Counted from the first letter of the stretch, positions 10,138-19,114 are shown. The stretch: 64,000 bases of DNA from Candidatus Omnitrophota bacterium (GCA_043742785.1 JAYTXU010000063.1:7997-71996); one strand, 5' to 3'. Translations and numbers: made by a program. Notes: a model not told the origin generated them from the letters alone.

Positions 10138-10702
10138 ACAATTAGGCAAGATTAAGGCAATTGAGCAAAAGAGTAATTTAATTGTTCTGAAAGTCGATGC
10201 GTTTAAATTGGCTAAGAAAATTCATGTGGCTGATAGTGTAGCCATTAACGGTGTTTGCTTAACTGTTACCCAGAAAAAGGGGAGCATTGTTTCTTTTGAT
10301 TTGATGAAAGAGACGATTGAAAAAACGTCTTTGAAAGAGGTGGGTTTAGAAAGCGAAGTCAATTTGGAATTGGCTCTCTTGGTTGACAGTCGTTTCGGTG
10401 GACATTTTGTGAGCGGCCATGTGGATGAAAAAGGTGTGATCCAGAAAATAGAAAAATCTAAAAACTGGGTGAGTATGACGATTAGTATTTCTAAAGCGAA
10501 TGCCAAATATATTGTGCCTAAAGGATCGGTAACCTTAGATGGAATAAGTTTGACCGTTGGCCATGTGGGTAAAAATAGTTTCCAAGTCTATTTAATCCCT
10601 TATACCCTGCAAGCCACCAATCTAGGTTCTAAAAAAGCTGGCGACAGCGTTAATATTGAGACGGATATTCTGGCTAAGTACATCTTAGCTGGGAAGAAAT
10701 AA
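10118..10702 (+). CDS. ribE: Riboflavin synthase (alpha chain)
   Basis: MFTGIVE, NGVCLTV, GGHFVSGHVD, GISLTV, VNIETD. Confidence 0.96.
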   Translation: MFTGIVEQLGKIKAIEQKSNLIVLKVDAFKLAKKIHVADSVAINGVCLTVTQKKGSIVSFDLMKETIEKTSLKEVGLESEVNLELALLVDSRFGGHFVSGHVDEKGVIQKIEKSKNWVSMTISISKANAKYIVPKGSVTLDGISLTVGHVGKNSFQVYLIPYTLQATNLGSKKAGDSVNIETDILAKYILAGKK

Positions 10703-10850
10703 ATTTTTTTTATATCAGTTACATGTGAATCCTTCTAACTAATAAGAAAACCTTTTACTTTTAATCCCTTACGAAATAATCGAATTAGGTGTCTAGCCTG
10801 AGGGTCGGTAAAGAAGGAAGATTCAGCCCATTTCCACTTAATTTATTTTC

Positions 10851-10879
10851 TTGCTAAAAGAAAGAGTGAGTAGTAGTAT
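10851..10879 (+). promoter_or_regulatory. Putative sigma70 promoter of the lipoprotein operon
   Basis: TTGCTA-17 nt-TAGTAT. Confidence 0.5.
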
Positions 10880-10916
10880 TGTTTGTGCTTCAGAAAATTC
10901 TATAAATTATTGTTCA

Positions 10917-10943
10917 GACAACTCGCAAAGGTTGTTCTTTTTT
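10917..10943 (+). terminator. Terminator-like hairpin in the 5' leader of the csgG-like gene
   Basis: GACAACT/GGTTGTT stem followed by CTTTTTT. Confidence 0.4.
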
Positions 10944-10963
10944 ATTTCTAGGGGGATTCAAAA

Positions 10964-11923
10964 ATGGTTTATAAGAAATTTTTAATATTTGGGTTTGTTG
11001 GTTTATTTGCTGGTTGCACCTCTGTTCCTAAACAAATGAAAGTTGTTGAGCCGCCTATTTCTCAAAAGCAACAAATTGAAGCTCAACAGCTTGTTCAGCT
11101 TCCGTTGATGAAGAAGTATAAAAGAAAGATTATTATTGGACGATTTTCGAATGAAACTACCTATGGGAAAGCTTTACTTGTTGATGATAATTATGATCCT
11201 ATTGGAAAACAAGCAAGCGATATGCTTGCAACTCGTTTAATAAAATCAAACCGTTTTTTGGTATTAGAACGTCCTGATTTAAAGAAAGTCGAAGCTGAGC
11301 AAACGATAACCAAAGAAAAGGATTTAATAGGGGCTGATACGATTATATTTGGCTCTGTTACAGAATTTGGACGTTCAGTTACTGGGAAAGCTGGTTTTTT
11401 ATCTAGTACAAAATTACAAACTGCTAAAGCTAAGGTTGAGATTCGTCTTGTTGATTCAAAAACTGGCTTAGCGTTCTTCTCAACAATCGGTGCGGGTGTT
11501 GCTACCACAGAATCTGGTGAAGTTGCAGGCTTTGGTAGCGCAGCAGATTATGATGGAACTCTAAATGATAAAGTAATTGCAGCTTCAATCTCAGATCTTA
11601 TTAATAATTTAATAGTTTCTTTAGAAAATCGCCCTTGGAAAACAGATATACTTCAAATTCTAGGTGACCAGGTTTTTATAAGCGGAGGGAAGAGTCAAGG
11701 TTTGAAAGAAGGAGATATTCTTCAAGTGATGAAGAAAACAGCTACTGTGAAAAGCCAACAAAGTGGTTTCATGATTGATTTGCCTCCTGAAAAGATTGCC
11801 ACCATTAAAGTGAGTAGTTTTTTTGGTGACACTGAAACAAGTGAAGGATCAATTGCTAAAATCATTAATGGCTCTATTGATGCTGGTATACTAGAAAAAT
11901 GTTTTGTAAAAGAGGTTGAATAA
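10964..11923 (+). CDS. CsgG/HfaB family lipoprotein
   Basis: Lipobox FAGC; GRFSNET, F.VLER, GSVTEFGR, AKVEIRLVD..TG; C-terminal FlgT-like segment SGGKSQGLKEGD. Confidence 0.8.
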   Translation: MVYKKFLIFGFVGLFAGCTSVPKQMKVVEPPISQKQQIEAQQLVQLPLMKKYKRKIIIGRFSNETTYGKALLVDDNYDPIGKQASDMLATRLIKSNRFLVLERPDLKKVEAEQTITKEKDLIGADTIIFGSVTEFGRSVTGKAGFLSSTKLQTAKAKVEIRLVDSKTGLAFFSTIGAGVATTESGEVAGFGSAADYDGTLNDKVIAASISDLINNLIVSLENRPWKTDILQILGDQVFISGGKSQGLKEGDILQVMKKTATVKSQQSGFMIDLPPEKIATIKVSSFFGDTETSEGSIAKIINGSIDAGILEKCFVKEVE

Positions 11924-12232
11924 ATGAGAAAAATATTATTATTTTCTACGGTTGTTTCTCTTTTTGTTATTGGGTGTGCTCCACGTTACCCAACAACAGC
12001 TGTAAGTACGATTGATTCACGACCAACTTTATCATTTATAAACGCTCCAGCAGGCTCTGTTGCTTTAGTTGATGGCATAAATATGGGTGATGCAACAAAG
12101 TTTAATGGTAAACCAAAAGTTTTAGCAGTTGAACCCGGTACGCATGAGGTAACAGTAATGCAGGGAAGCGTAGTGGTTTCTAAGCAAACTGTTTTTGTTG
12201 AGAGCGAACAGAAAGTTATTAACGTCCATTAA
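11924..12232 (+). CDS. Small lipoprotein with a PEGA-like beta domain
   Basis: Lipobox VIGC; APAGSVALVDG...VEPGTHEVTV. Confidence 0.7.
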   Translation: MRKILLFSTVVSLFVIGCAPRYPTTAVSTIDSRPTLSFINAPAGSVALVDGINMGDATKFNGKPKVLAVEPGTHEVTVMQGSVVVSKQTVFVESEQKVINVH

Positions 12233-12245
12233 CTAAGGTTCTAGT

Positions 12246-12608
12246 ATGAATAAAAGTGTATTAAAATTATTGCCATTATTATTTTTGGTTGGTTGTGCTA
12301 CTCAAAAGTATACATGGAATGGTTATGATGATAACCTTTATGCGTATTATAAGAACCCTGCTAGTAAAGAGAAGTTCGTAGAACACTTAAAAGAAACTAT
12401 TTTAAGAGGTGAACAAAATCATAATGTTCCACCTGGGGTATATGCTGAATATGGATATATGCTTTATGAAAATCAAGATTTTCCGGGCTCAATTACTTAT
12501 TTTCAAAAAGAACATGACTTGTGGTTGGAGTCTAGACCTTTTATGGAGAAAATGATTGATAATGCACAAAAGATGTTGTCCAAAAGTCAGCCTAAGGGAT
12601 CTGTTTAA
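12246..12608 (+). CDS. DUF4810 family lipoprotein
   Basis: Lipobox LVGC; Y.W..Y...LY.YYK, VPPGVYAEYGY, F..E..LW.ES. Confidence 0.8.
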   Translation: MNKSVLKLLPLLFLVGCATQKYTWNGYDDNLYAYYKNPASKEKFVEHLKETILRGEQNHNVPPGVYAEYGYMLYENQDFPGSITYFQKEHDLWLESRPFMEKMIDNAQKMLSKSQPKGSV

Positions 12609-13345
12609 TGAAAAAACTGATTTTAATTGTTGGATTGGTTGTTTTTGCTTCTGGTTGCGCAAGTATACCGAAGAAAGATTATACTAAATTTTACTCAGCC
12701 GCACCTCGTTCTATTCTGGTAGTCCCTGTTGTTAATCAAAGCGTTAATGTAGATGCTCCTGCTTATTTCTTGTCTAGTATTTCTATTCCTATTGCTGAGC
12801 AAGGATATTATGTTTTTCCAGTCAATATGATCAAACGTGTGCTTGAGGATAATGGCTTATCTGATGCAGATTTGGTTCACAATGCTCCTGTGGAGAAGCT
12901 ATCATCTTTATTTAGCGCAGATACAGTCTTGTACGTAAAAATTAAACGTTGGGATGCTCGATATTTATTCTTATCTACTACGGTCACTGTAGAACTTGAA
13001 TATATTATTAAAGAAGGAAAAACTGGAGAAACTCTATGGCAGGATGATCGCATAATCCAGTATACTCCACAGACGACTGATACAGGAAATCCTATAGCAA
13101 CTTTAGTAGTCATGGCTATTACAGCTGCAGTTGAGAAGGCGGCCCCCAATTATATGCCTTTAGCTAAGCAAGCAAATGCAGTTGCTTTTACTTTTCCAGG
13201 TCCAGGGATTCCTCCAGGACCTTATTCAGGCAAAGAAAACAAACAAGTAGCGACTAAAACTGTAGTAGTTAAACCTGTGGCAACTTCAACAAAAGATACA
13301 CCATCAAATATAGCAATTCCAGCAAAGAATAATTTTAAAGGTTAA
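12608..13345 (+). CDS. DUF799 / GNA1162 family lipoprotein
   Basis: Lipobox ASGC; PRSILVVPVVN.S, IAEQGYYVFP, F.AD.VLY, PPGPY. Confidence 0.82.
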   Translation: MKKLILIVGLVVFASGCASIPKKDYTKFYSAAPRSILVVPVVNQSVNVDAPAYFLSSISIPIAEQGYYVFPVNMIKRVLEDNGLSDADLVHNAPVEKLSSLFSADTVLYVKIKRWDARYLFLSTTVTVELEYIIKEGKTGETLWQDDRIIQYTPQTTDTGNPIATLVVMAITAAVEKAAPNYMPLAKQANAVAFTFPGPGIPPGPYSGKENKQVATKTVVVKPVATSTKDTPSNIAIPAKNNFKG

Positions 13346-13623
13346 TCAATTCTTGATACCCAAGCGGTGCCCATCCAAGGTGAAAAAGTTGTAAAATCTT
13401 GTATAAAGTTGTATGACGTGTGGAAAGTTTTTGCTGTGTGGAATTTGGCTTAAAATGACCGTTTGTCGACGATAAGTACCAAAAATAGCCTAATGTATCC
13501 CAGCATCTCCACCAGCCAGATTGGCACAAATTAGGCACATAATTTTTCTATCTTCTATAAGTCAGGCTGGCTAAAGAGGTTATAAAGGTAGCCTGTGGGT
13601 TCTCTTACAGCAGACCTCCAGAA

Positions 13624-13705
13624 TTAGATAGTGCTATTAAAGTGCCCCATAGTATGATCTTGGATATCTCCTTGACCGCAAATCACCACCTGTCAAAATA
13701 AGGTC
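13624..13705 (+). repeat. Duplicated promoter/operator cassette, copy 1 (no gene directly downstream)
   Basis: 27-bp exact match TTAGATAGTGCTATTAAAGTGCCCCAT to 14670-14696, then about 55 bp of ungapped partial similarity ending AATAAGGTC. Confidence 0.85.
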
Positions 13706-13971
13706 TGTCTTCATAAGTTCAGGCTCTCTTATCTGCTGTAGTTTTGGTAAAGTCAAGTCACTGACACCCCTTTTTAAATTATAAATAACAGGACTGTTAC
13801 AAAAGCCCCGTAATGTCTATTTTGGAAAGATTTATCTCTAAAGAGGGTAGTGACTATTAAAAGCTAAAAAAAATATGCTATACTCAAATTAAGGAACTTG
13901 ATTCATAGAATTATTTGAGTTTCTTGATTCTTTGAAAAAAGATGTTCTTGTAGCAAAAGTGGTGGCGCGCT

Positions 13972-14652
13972 ATGAACAAGATATTTTTGCCCTTGGTTCT
14001 GTGCCTATTCTTTCCGGCTTTGATCTGTAAGGCCGATATGTCGGCCTTTAATGAAACGCCTACTACTCATCTCCCGCCTGGAATCTTAAATAAACACAAT
14101 GTGCAGAATGTGCAAAATCTGGATGTCATTGAGCTGGAGAAGCTTACCATTGATCATATAGAAAAAAGAAGAATTTCGTTATCTATGGAGAGTATTACGG
14201 AAGATGCTGCTTTGAAGAGTCCTATTGCTGAGGATTTTAATTCGTTATCTGTTGGCAACAAACATGTTCATCGAAGATATGATGGTTTTCTCTCTTCAGT
14301 TTCTCCAGATTACAAGATTAATAGAAATTTTCTTTCACTCACCAAGGTTCCTAATGTTAACCATAAACAGGCGATCATGTTTGTATTTCTTATGAATAAT
14401 AACAGATATGAACGCAAGAGATCCAGTAGTGATATTAATACCATCTTGAAAGATAATCCACGCACCCGCATGCATGTGTTGTGGCCAGGATCTAAGAAAA
14501 TAAATTTGGAACAGAAGATTATTGCAGATGAATATCCTGTTGATATTTCTATCGCCAATAAAGAAGATGGATATGCGCAGGGAGAATGGAATCTTGTCCT
14601 ACCTAATAAGAAACCACGCGAAGTAAGAGTTTCTCTGTTGTGGTCATTTTAA
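13972..14652 (+). CDS. Hypothetical secreted protein
   Basis: 226-aa ORF with a signal-peptide-like N-terminus; no family recognised. Confidence 0.6.
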   Translation: MNKIFLPLVLCLFFPALICKADMSAFNETPTTHLPPGILNKHNVQNVQNLDVIELEKLTIDHIEKRRISLSMESITEDAALKSPIAEDFNSLSVGNKHVHRRYDGFLSSVSPDYKINRNFLSLTKVPNVNHKQAIMFVFLMNNNRYERKRSSSDINTILKDNPRTRMHVLWPGSKKINLEQKIIADEYPVDISIANKEDGYAQGEWNLVLPNKKPREVRVSLLWSF

Positions 14653-14669
14653 TTCGTCTTCAAAACAAT

Positions 14670-14751
14670 TTAGATAGTGCTATTAAAGTGCCCCATCATA
14701 TAATCTTAAATATATTCTTGTTCAGGAATCGGTGTCTGCTAGAATAAGGTC
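14670..14751 (+). repeat. Duplicated promoter/operator cassette, copy 2 (upstream of the wHTH gene)
   Basis: Matches copy 1; contains TTGTTC-16 nt-TAGAAT with a TG extension. Confidence 0.85.
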
Positions 14752-14756
14752 CAATC

Positions 14757-15308
14757 ATGGTTCAAACAGACTACACCGATAAAATCCTCCAATATATCCA
14801 AAAGAGCGGCCAAGCGCGGGTCGCATCGATGCTCCAAGATCTTAATATTCCACGTAGAAGGGTTTTCAAGATTCTCTCTCGGCAGATTAAATCAGGGATA
14901 ATTTTTAAGGAAGGGGTGCATCCGAATATTTATTATAAGGCAAGGGTGCTTCCATCTAAAGAGCCTGCAGTCATTTCTCGAACACCCATTTCGAAGAAGG
15001 CGAAGAGCGGTTCTTATGAAACAGAGTATTTGTGTCAAGAGCTGGAAGATGCCAGAAAAGCTCAAAGGGAAATGAAGGATGAAGTGACAAGGCTTTCTCA
15101 CGAACTTTATCTAAGTCATAATGAGCTTAGCTCTAAAGAAGTAGATATTAAATATAAAGAGGCTCAGATCCATTCCAAGGAAGAACAGATCAAGCGCATG
15201 ACTGACCGGGAAGATCAACGTTATGAAGAGAACAAAAGTCTGCGCAAAGATATTCAGGATTTGCAGATCAGATTAAGGGAAGAGCAGAGGCAGACAGGGA
15301 AGAAGTAA
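14757..15308 (+). CDS. Winged-helix DNA-binding protein with a C-terminal coiled coil
   Basis: KILQYIQKSGQA...LNIPRRRVFKILSRQIKSGIIFKEG..P..YY fits a wHTH pattern; E/K/Q-rich heptad tail. Confidence 0.6.
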   Translation: MVQTDYTDKILQYIQKSGQARVASMLQDLNIPRRRVFKILSRQIKSGIIFKEGVHPNIYYKARVLPSKEPAVISRTPISKKAKSGSYETEYLCQELEDARKAQREMKDEVTRLSHELYLSHNELSSKEVDIKYKEAQIHSKEEQIKRMTDREDQRYEENKSLRKDIQDLQIRLREEQRQTGKK

Positions 15309-15333
15309 TTTTTATAAACTGAAAAGGAAACCT

Positions 15334-16185
15334 ATGAATACAAAGACTTTTTCTAAGAAAGAAGCTATTACCCGCGGAATACAGATGACTAAAAAGTATT
15401 TTGGGGTGATTTTAATTGTCATAGGTATTTATATTGCAATTGGGGTGAGCAATGGGCAATTACAAAGTGGGGCAGGATTAGATCGTATTAATAAAAGGGA
15501 TATTAAAACGCTTTATAAAGATTCTGCTGCTGTTGATGCGTTTAACCAATATCTTCAAACATCCGGATATATCAACAAATTCGGCAAAGTACAGGATAAG
15601 TTAGAGAAAATCGAAAAACCTTCTGATTTAGTTCTTCCATTGGAACTAGATGGGGATCGATATAAGATTTTTAGATTTCTACAAGCATATAAATACCATT
15701 TACCTTTTCCAAAAGCATTTTATTACGTATTACTTTTTGGTTTTGGTATTATTAATATGTTACTACAAATAGGTGCGACAAAAATGACCTTGATGGTCAA
15801 TCGTGATGAAGCACCGAATGTTTTTGAGATCTTTTCAAATGGTTCGCTTTTGATTACATATATTTTGTCGAGCATTTGTTATTCTTTAGCTGTTATAGGA
15901 GGAATGATTCTTTTGATTGTCCCTGGCATTATATTAAGTATTGCGCTTGGAATGAACATGTTCTTTATCGTTGATCAAAAGATGGGCCCCATTGAATCGC
16001 TGAAAGCGAGCCGTGCTCTCACAAAAGGTGTTCGGTGGCAATTGTTTTGTTTCGGAGGAGCTCTTCTTCTATTTAATTTGGCAGGTCTTTTATGTCTAGT
16101 GATAGGGTTACTTTTCACGATCCCTGTTTCTTGTGTTGCAACGGCATACGTCTATGATCATCTACGTAATCAAGTGGCTACTTAA
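15334..16185 (+). CDS. DUF975/YciC-like integral membrane protein
   Basis: GMILLIVPGII, MGPIESLKASRALTKG, GLLCLVIGLLFTIP. Confidence 0.7.
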   Translation: MNTKTFSKKEAITRGIQMTKKYFGVILIVIGIYIAIGVSNGQLQSGAGLDRINKRDIKTLYKDSAAVDAFNQYLQTSGYINKFGKVQDKLEKIEKPSDLVLPLELDGDRYKIFRFLQAYKYHLPFPKAFYYVLLFGFGIINMLLQIGATKMTLMVNRDEAPNVFEIFSNGSLLITYILSSICYSLAVIGGMILLIVPGIILSIALGMNMFFIVDQKMGPIESLKASRALTKGVRWQLFCFGGALLLFNLAGLLCLVIGLLFTIPVSCVATAYVYDHLRNQVAT

Positions 16186-16196
16186 TAGGAAAACAT

Positions 16197-16418
16197 ATGT
16201 CTAAACCACAACAATTGATTGAATGGAGTTATTTAGGGGCGAATTACAGTGTGTATATTAAGCATTTCACTGATGATGAGGGGAAGAGGGGAATGACCAT
16301 GATTTTTGAAGACACTACTAATGACAAAGTTACAGAAATGACTGTTCCTACTCGCAAGTTTCCCGAATTTCTAAGGGCTGTTAATGGGGGGGACGAACCT
16401 TATAGAGGATTATTTTAG
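16197..16418 (+). CDS. Small hypothetical protein (73 aa)
   Basis: AGGA ribosome-binding site; a diverged, decayed paralog at 19115 shows protein-level conservation. Confidence 0.75.
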   Translation: MSKPQQLIEWSYLGANYSVYIKHFTDDEGKRGMTMIFEDTTNDKVTEMTVPTRKFPEFLRAVNGGDEPYRGLF

Positions 16419-16464
16419 TTTGATTTTCAATTCATTCTTATTAAATTATGGTATAGTTTAGTTA

Positions 16465-16698
16465 ATGAGCGACCAAAACCAAAATAAAGAAGATAATTTT
16501 CTGCGAACCCTCCTCATATCGATTATTTGTATTCCTCTTATTATTTGGTTACTTTATAATGGTTATCAAAAAAGTCTGCAATCTTCTACTAAATCTATTG
16601 CTTGTGAAAAAAGATGTACTGATCAAGGCCATGCAGGTTATGAATTTAAATGGCCTATGTTCTCCGGTCCTAAATGCACCTGCATAGACATGAAATAA
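16465..16698 (+). CDS. Small membrane-anchored Cys-rich protein
   Basis: One TM helix, then C..C...C.C; extended -10 (TGgTATAGT) 7 nt before the ATG. Confidence 0.6.
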   Translation: MSDQNQNKEDNFLRTLLISIICIPLIIWLLYNGYQKSLQSSTKSIACEKRCTDQGHAGYEFKWPMFSGPKCTCIDMK

Positions 16699-16724
16699 AT
16701 CTAAAAATTAAAGAAAAGTATAAA

Positions 16725-17867
16725 GTGAAGAAATCTATTTTTCTTATTCCGTTATTAATTCCTTTGCTTATTTTTGGTTTTAACAAAACTAACTTTAAGC
16801 CCTTATGGAATGATGAAATAAACACCCAAACAAAAACTTTAAATCAATCGTACAGTAATATTCTGCTTAGAAACCATGTCTTTGACGACAGTTTAGCTCC
16901 TCTTTTTTATATTCAGCAGAAGATTTTGTGTGATCTTTTTCGTTACCAAACACCTCAAGAATGGTTGAAGGGGGATTGGTCCTATAGAGATCGTTATTCC
17001 AATGTTTTCTTAAGGATTCTTCCTGTTTTTTGGATGTCGTTATCTTTTTTGTTGTTGTTTATTTATTTCTCTAATCGATTTAATCTCTTTATTGGATTCT
17101 TAAGTTTATTTATAGCTTTCTCCACTCACATTCTTCTAGCTTATTGGGCTGAGGCAAGGCCCTATGGCTTATGGGTGTTCTTTACGGTTGTTCAGCTGCT
17201 TCTTTTTATAGAATTAATTGAGGCTCCGGTTGTAGGGGCCAAGAAATGGGTTTGGCTTTCTATTATTCATATTGCTTTAAGCCTAACTTGCATCTTAAGT
17301 TTCTTTCAGATTACGATTGTTTCTATGATCCTTTTCTTATTTAAAGAACGTCGTTGGAATAGATATATATTTCTGTTAGCGGTTCCATTAATTTTTATTT
17401 ATTTCTACAAACCTTTTCTTCATAGTGTTACTTTTTTTTGTCAGGTTCGAGATATTTTTTATAGCATATTACCTAAAGAACGTATTAATATTTTTCAACT
17501 TTATCCTTTGTTGTTGGGATTGTATTTCTTGCAATCTAAGAAATTGATCTCTCCATTATTTCTGAATAGCACTCTGTTAAAGATTGCCCCTTTTTTTATA
17601 GCGTTATTTCTTATGGTATTTGCCGTTTTTATATTTTTAAGTTATTTATGGGGTCACGCTACAGGAGGAGTTCAGGTTGTTACGCCAAGGCATGTTATAT
17701 TTCTAGCGCCTCTTGAAGTTATTGCGGAGACTTATTTAATAGGCATTCTTTGGGAGAGTTTTAAACATCTTTTTTGGATGCGATTGTTGATTCTGGCTAT
17801 TATTACTTTTTTTTATTTTCCACCTTTTAATATATTTTCTTTTGGTTTTCTAGCTTTTGCCTCCTAA
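16725..17867 (+). CDS. GT-C fold glycosyltransferase (GT39/GT83, PMT-like)
   Basis: LWNDE, APLFY, LR.LP, EARPYGL, many TM helices; start moved to GTG 16725 to avoid overlapping the upstream gene. Confidence 0.7.
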   Translation: MKKSIFLIPLLIPLLIFGFNKTNFKPLWNDEINTQTKTLNQSYSNILLRNHVFDDSLAPLFYIQQKILCDLFRYQTPQEWLKGDWSYRDRYSNVFLRILPVFWMSLSFLLLFIYFSNRFNLFIGFLSLFIAFSTHILLAYWAEARPYGLWVFFTVVQLLLFIELIEAPVVGAKKWVWLSIIHIALSLTCILSFFQITIVSMILFLFKERRWNRYIFLLAVPLIFIYFYKPFLHSVTFFCQVRDIFYSILPKERINIFQLYPLLLGLYFLQSKKLISPLFLNSTLLKIAPFFIALFLMVFAVFIFLSYLWGHATGGVQVVTPRHVIFLAPLEVIAETYLIGILWESFKHLFWMRLLILAIITFFYFPPFNIFSFGFLAFAS

Positions 17868-17935
17868 TATAGAGGATAGGTGTTTTTATATTTCTGTTGA
17901 TGGTGCTGTGAGGTCTAGCCGCTTTAAAAGTGCGG

Positions 17936-17964
17936 TTGACAAACATCTTTTAAGTATATAAAGT
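17936..17964 (+). promoter_or_regulatory. Sigma70 promoter of the protease gene
   Basis: TTGACA-17 nt-TAAAGT. Confidence 0.6.
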
Positions 17965-17998
17965 ACAAATTTAGTTATTCAAGATAAGGGGACAATAT

Positions 17999-18937
17999 AT
18001 GAAGAAGGTAATCTTTTATTTCTTAGTTTTATTTATCAGTTTTCTTTCACCTTCTTTAGTAAAAGCAGTAGAAGAAGTTAAAACTATGAATGTAGCGAGT
18101 ACGGCCGAACAATTATTCTTTGTTACTGTAAGATTGGAATGCTCGCGTGTTGGTAAAGATGGGGCGATTGTAGGAGATGTTGGTACAGGTTTTATAGTAT
18201 CTTATAAGTGGCAGAATAAAGAAGGACTCTTTTTAGTTACAAATAAACATGTTTTAAAAGATGTAGAAAAAATTAAATTCTTTTTTATTCAAAGTGATGG
18301 AAAAAAGCCGATTTTAGGAAAGATACAACCTGTTGAAATGAATAATGTGAGATCTTTATGGTATGGACATCCTAACGACAAAGTAGACGTTGGAATAATC
18401 CCAATAAGTGAACTTCTCGATCAGGCTCAAAAAAAGAATTTGCAGTTATTTATCAGGTCTTTTAATAAAGATTTTTTACCAACGCCACAGCAAGCAGAAG
18501 ATTTAGATGCGGTTGAGGAGATTATGTTTGTAGGTTATCCAAGTGCAATTTACGATAAAGTGAATTATTTGCCAATACTTAGACGGGGGATTACTGCTAC
18601 ACCTCTGAATGTAGATTATGAAGGTTTGCCACAATTCTTAATTGATGCAACAGTATTTCCTGGTTCAAGTGGGAGCCCTGTCTTTTTGATGAACCGTGGT
18701 AGCTATTCTACTAAAGAAGGTGGTTTGGTTTCTGGTTCTCGCTTCTTTTTACTGGGATTAATTTCAGAGGTTTATGTGTTTAATCAAACTAATGTAGGGG
18801 GATTTACTGATATACCTTCAACTATCAAACCAGTTGTTGGAACATCTCAAATGATGGGACTCGGTAAAGTAATAAAATCATCAGCTATTTTTGAAACGAT
18901 AGAAACTTTCTTAAGGTTAAATGGTGAAATAAAATAA
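17999..18937 (+). CDS. Secreted trypsin-like (S1) serine protease
   Basis: Signal peptide; GTGF, LVTNKHV (His), DVGI (Asp), GYP, PGSSGSP (Ser). Confidence 0.88.
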   Translation: MKKVIFYFLVLFISFLSPSLVKAVEEVKTMNVASTAEQLFFVTVRLECSRVGKDGAIVGDVGTGFIVSYKWQNKEGLFLVTNKHVLKDVEKIKFFFIQSDGKKPILGKIQPVEMNNVRSLWYGHPNDKVDVGIIPISELLDQAQKKNLQLFIRSFNKDFLPTPQQAEDLDAVEEIMFVGYPSAIYDKVNYLPILRRGITATPLNVDYEGLPQFLIDATVFPGSSGSPVFLMNRGSYSTKEGGLVSGSRFFLLGLISEVYVFNQTNVGGFTDIPSTIKPVVGTSQMMGLGKVIKSSAIFETIETFLRLNGEIK

Positions 18938-18954
18938 TTTAGCAGGATTTTTTT

Positions 18955-18989
18955 GCCAGCTAGTGATTTGTTCATTGGCTGGTTTTTTT
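18955..18989 (+). terminator. Intrinsic terminator
   Basis: 12-bp stem GCCAGCTAGTGA/TCATTGGCTGGT followed by a T tract. Confidence 0.8.
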
Positions 18990-19114
18990 ATCTTATGATT
19001 GATTGGTACTGGCAAATTGTCCTCTTAAATTAAGAAGAAGATTGGTGAAAGTGTCAATATTGAAACTGATATTTTGGCGAAGCATATTTAAAATAATTAA
19101 AAGTTAGAAACGTT

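Noticed and set aside
10964-11923. Curli biogenesis system
   Set aside because: No csgA, csgB, csgE or csgF; the context is the DUF4810/DUF799 lipoprotein operon.
13335-13538. Minus-strand ORF of 67 aa
   Set aside because: No ribosome-binding site or recognisable motif, and it runs through a repeat-rich spacer.
13724-13745. CTCTTATC resembling the start of a SAM-I riboswitch
   Set aside because: The downstream conserved SAM-I elements are absent and no methionine-related gene follows.
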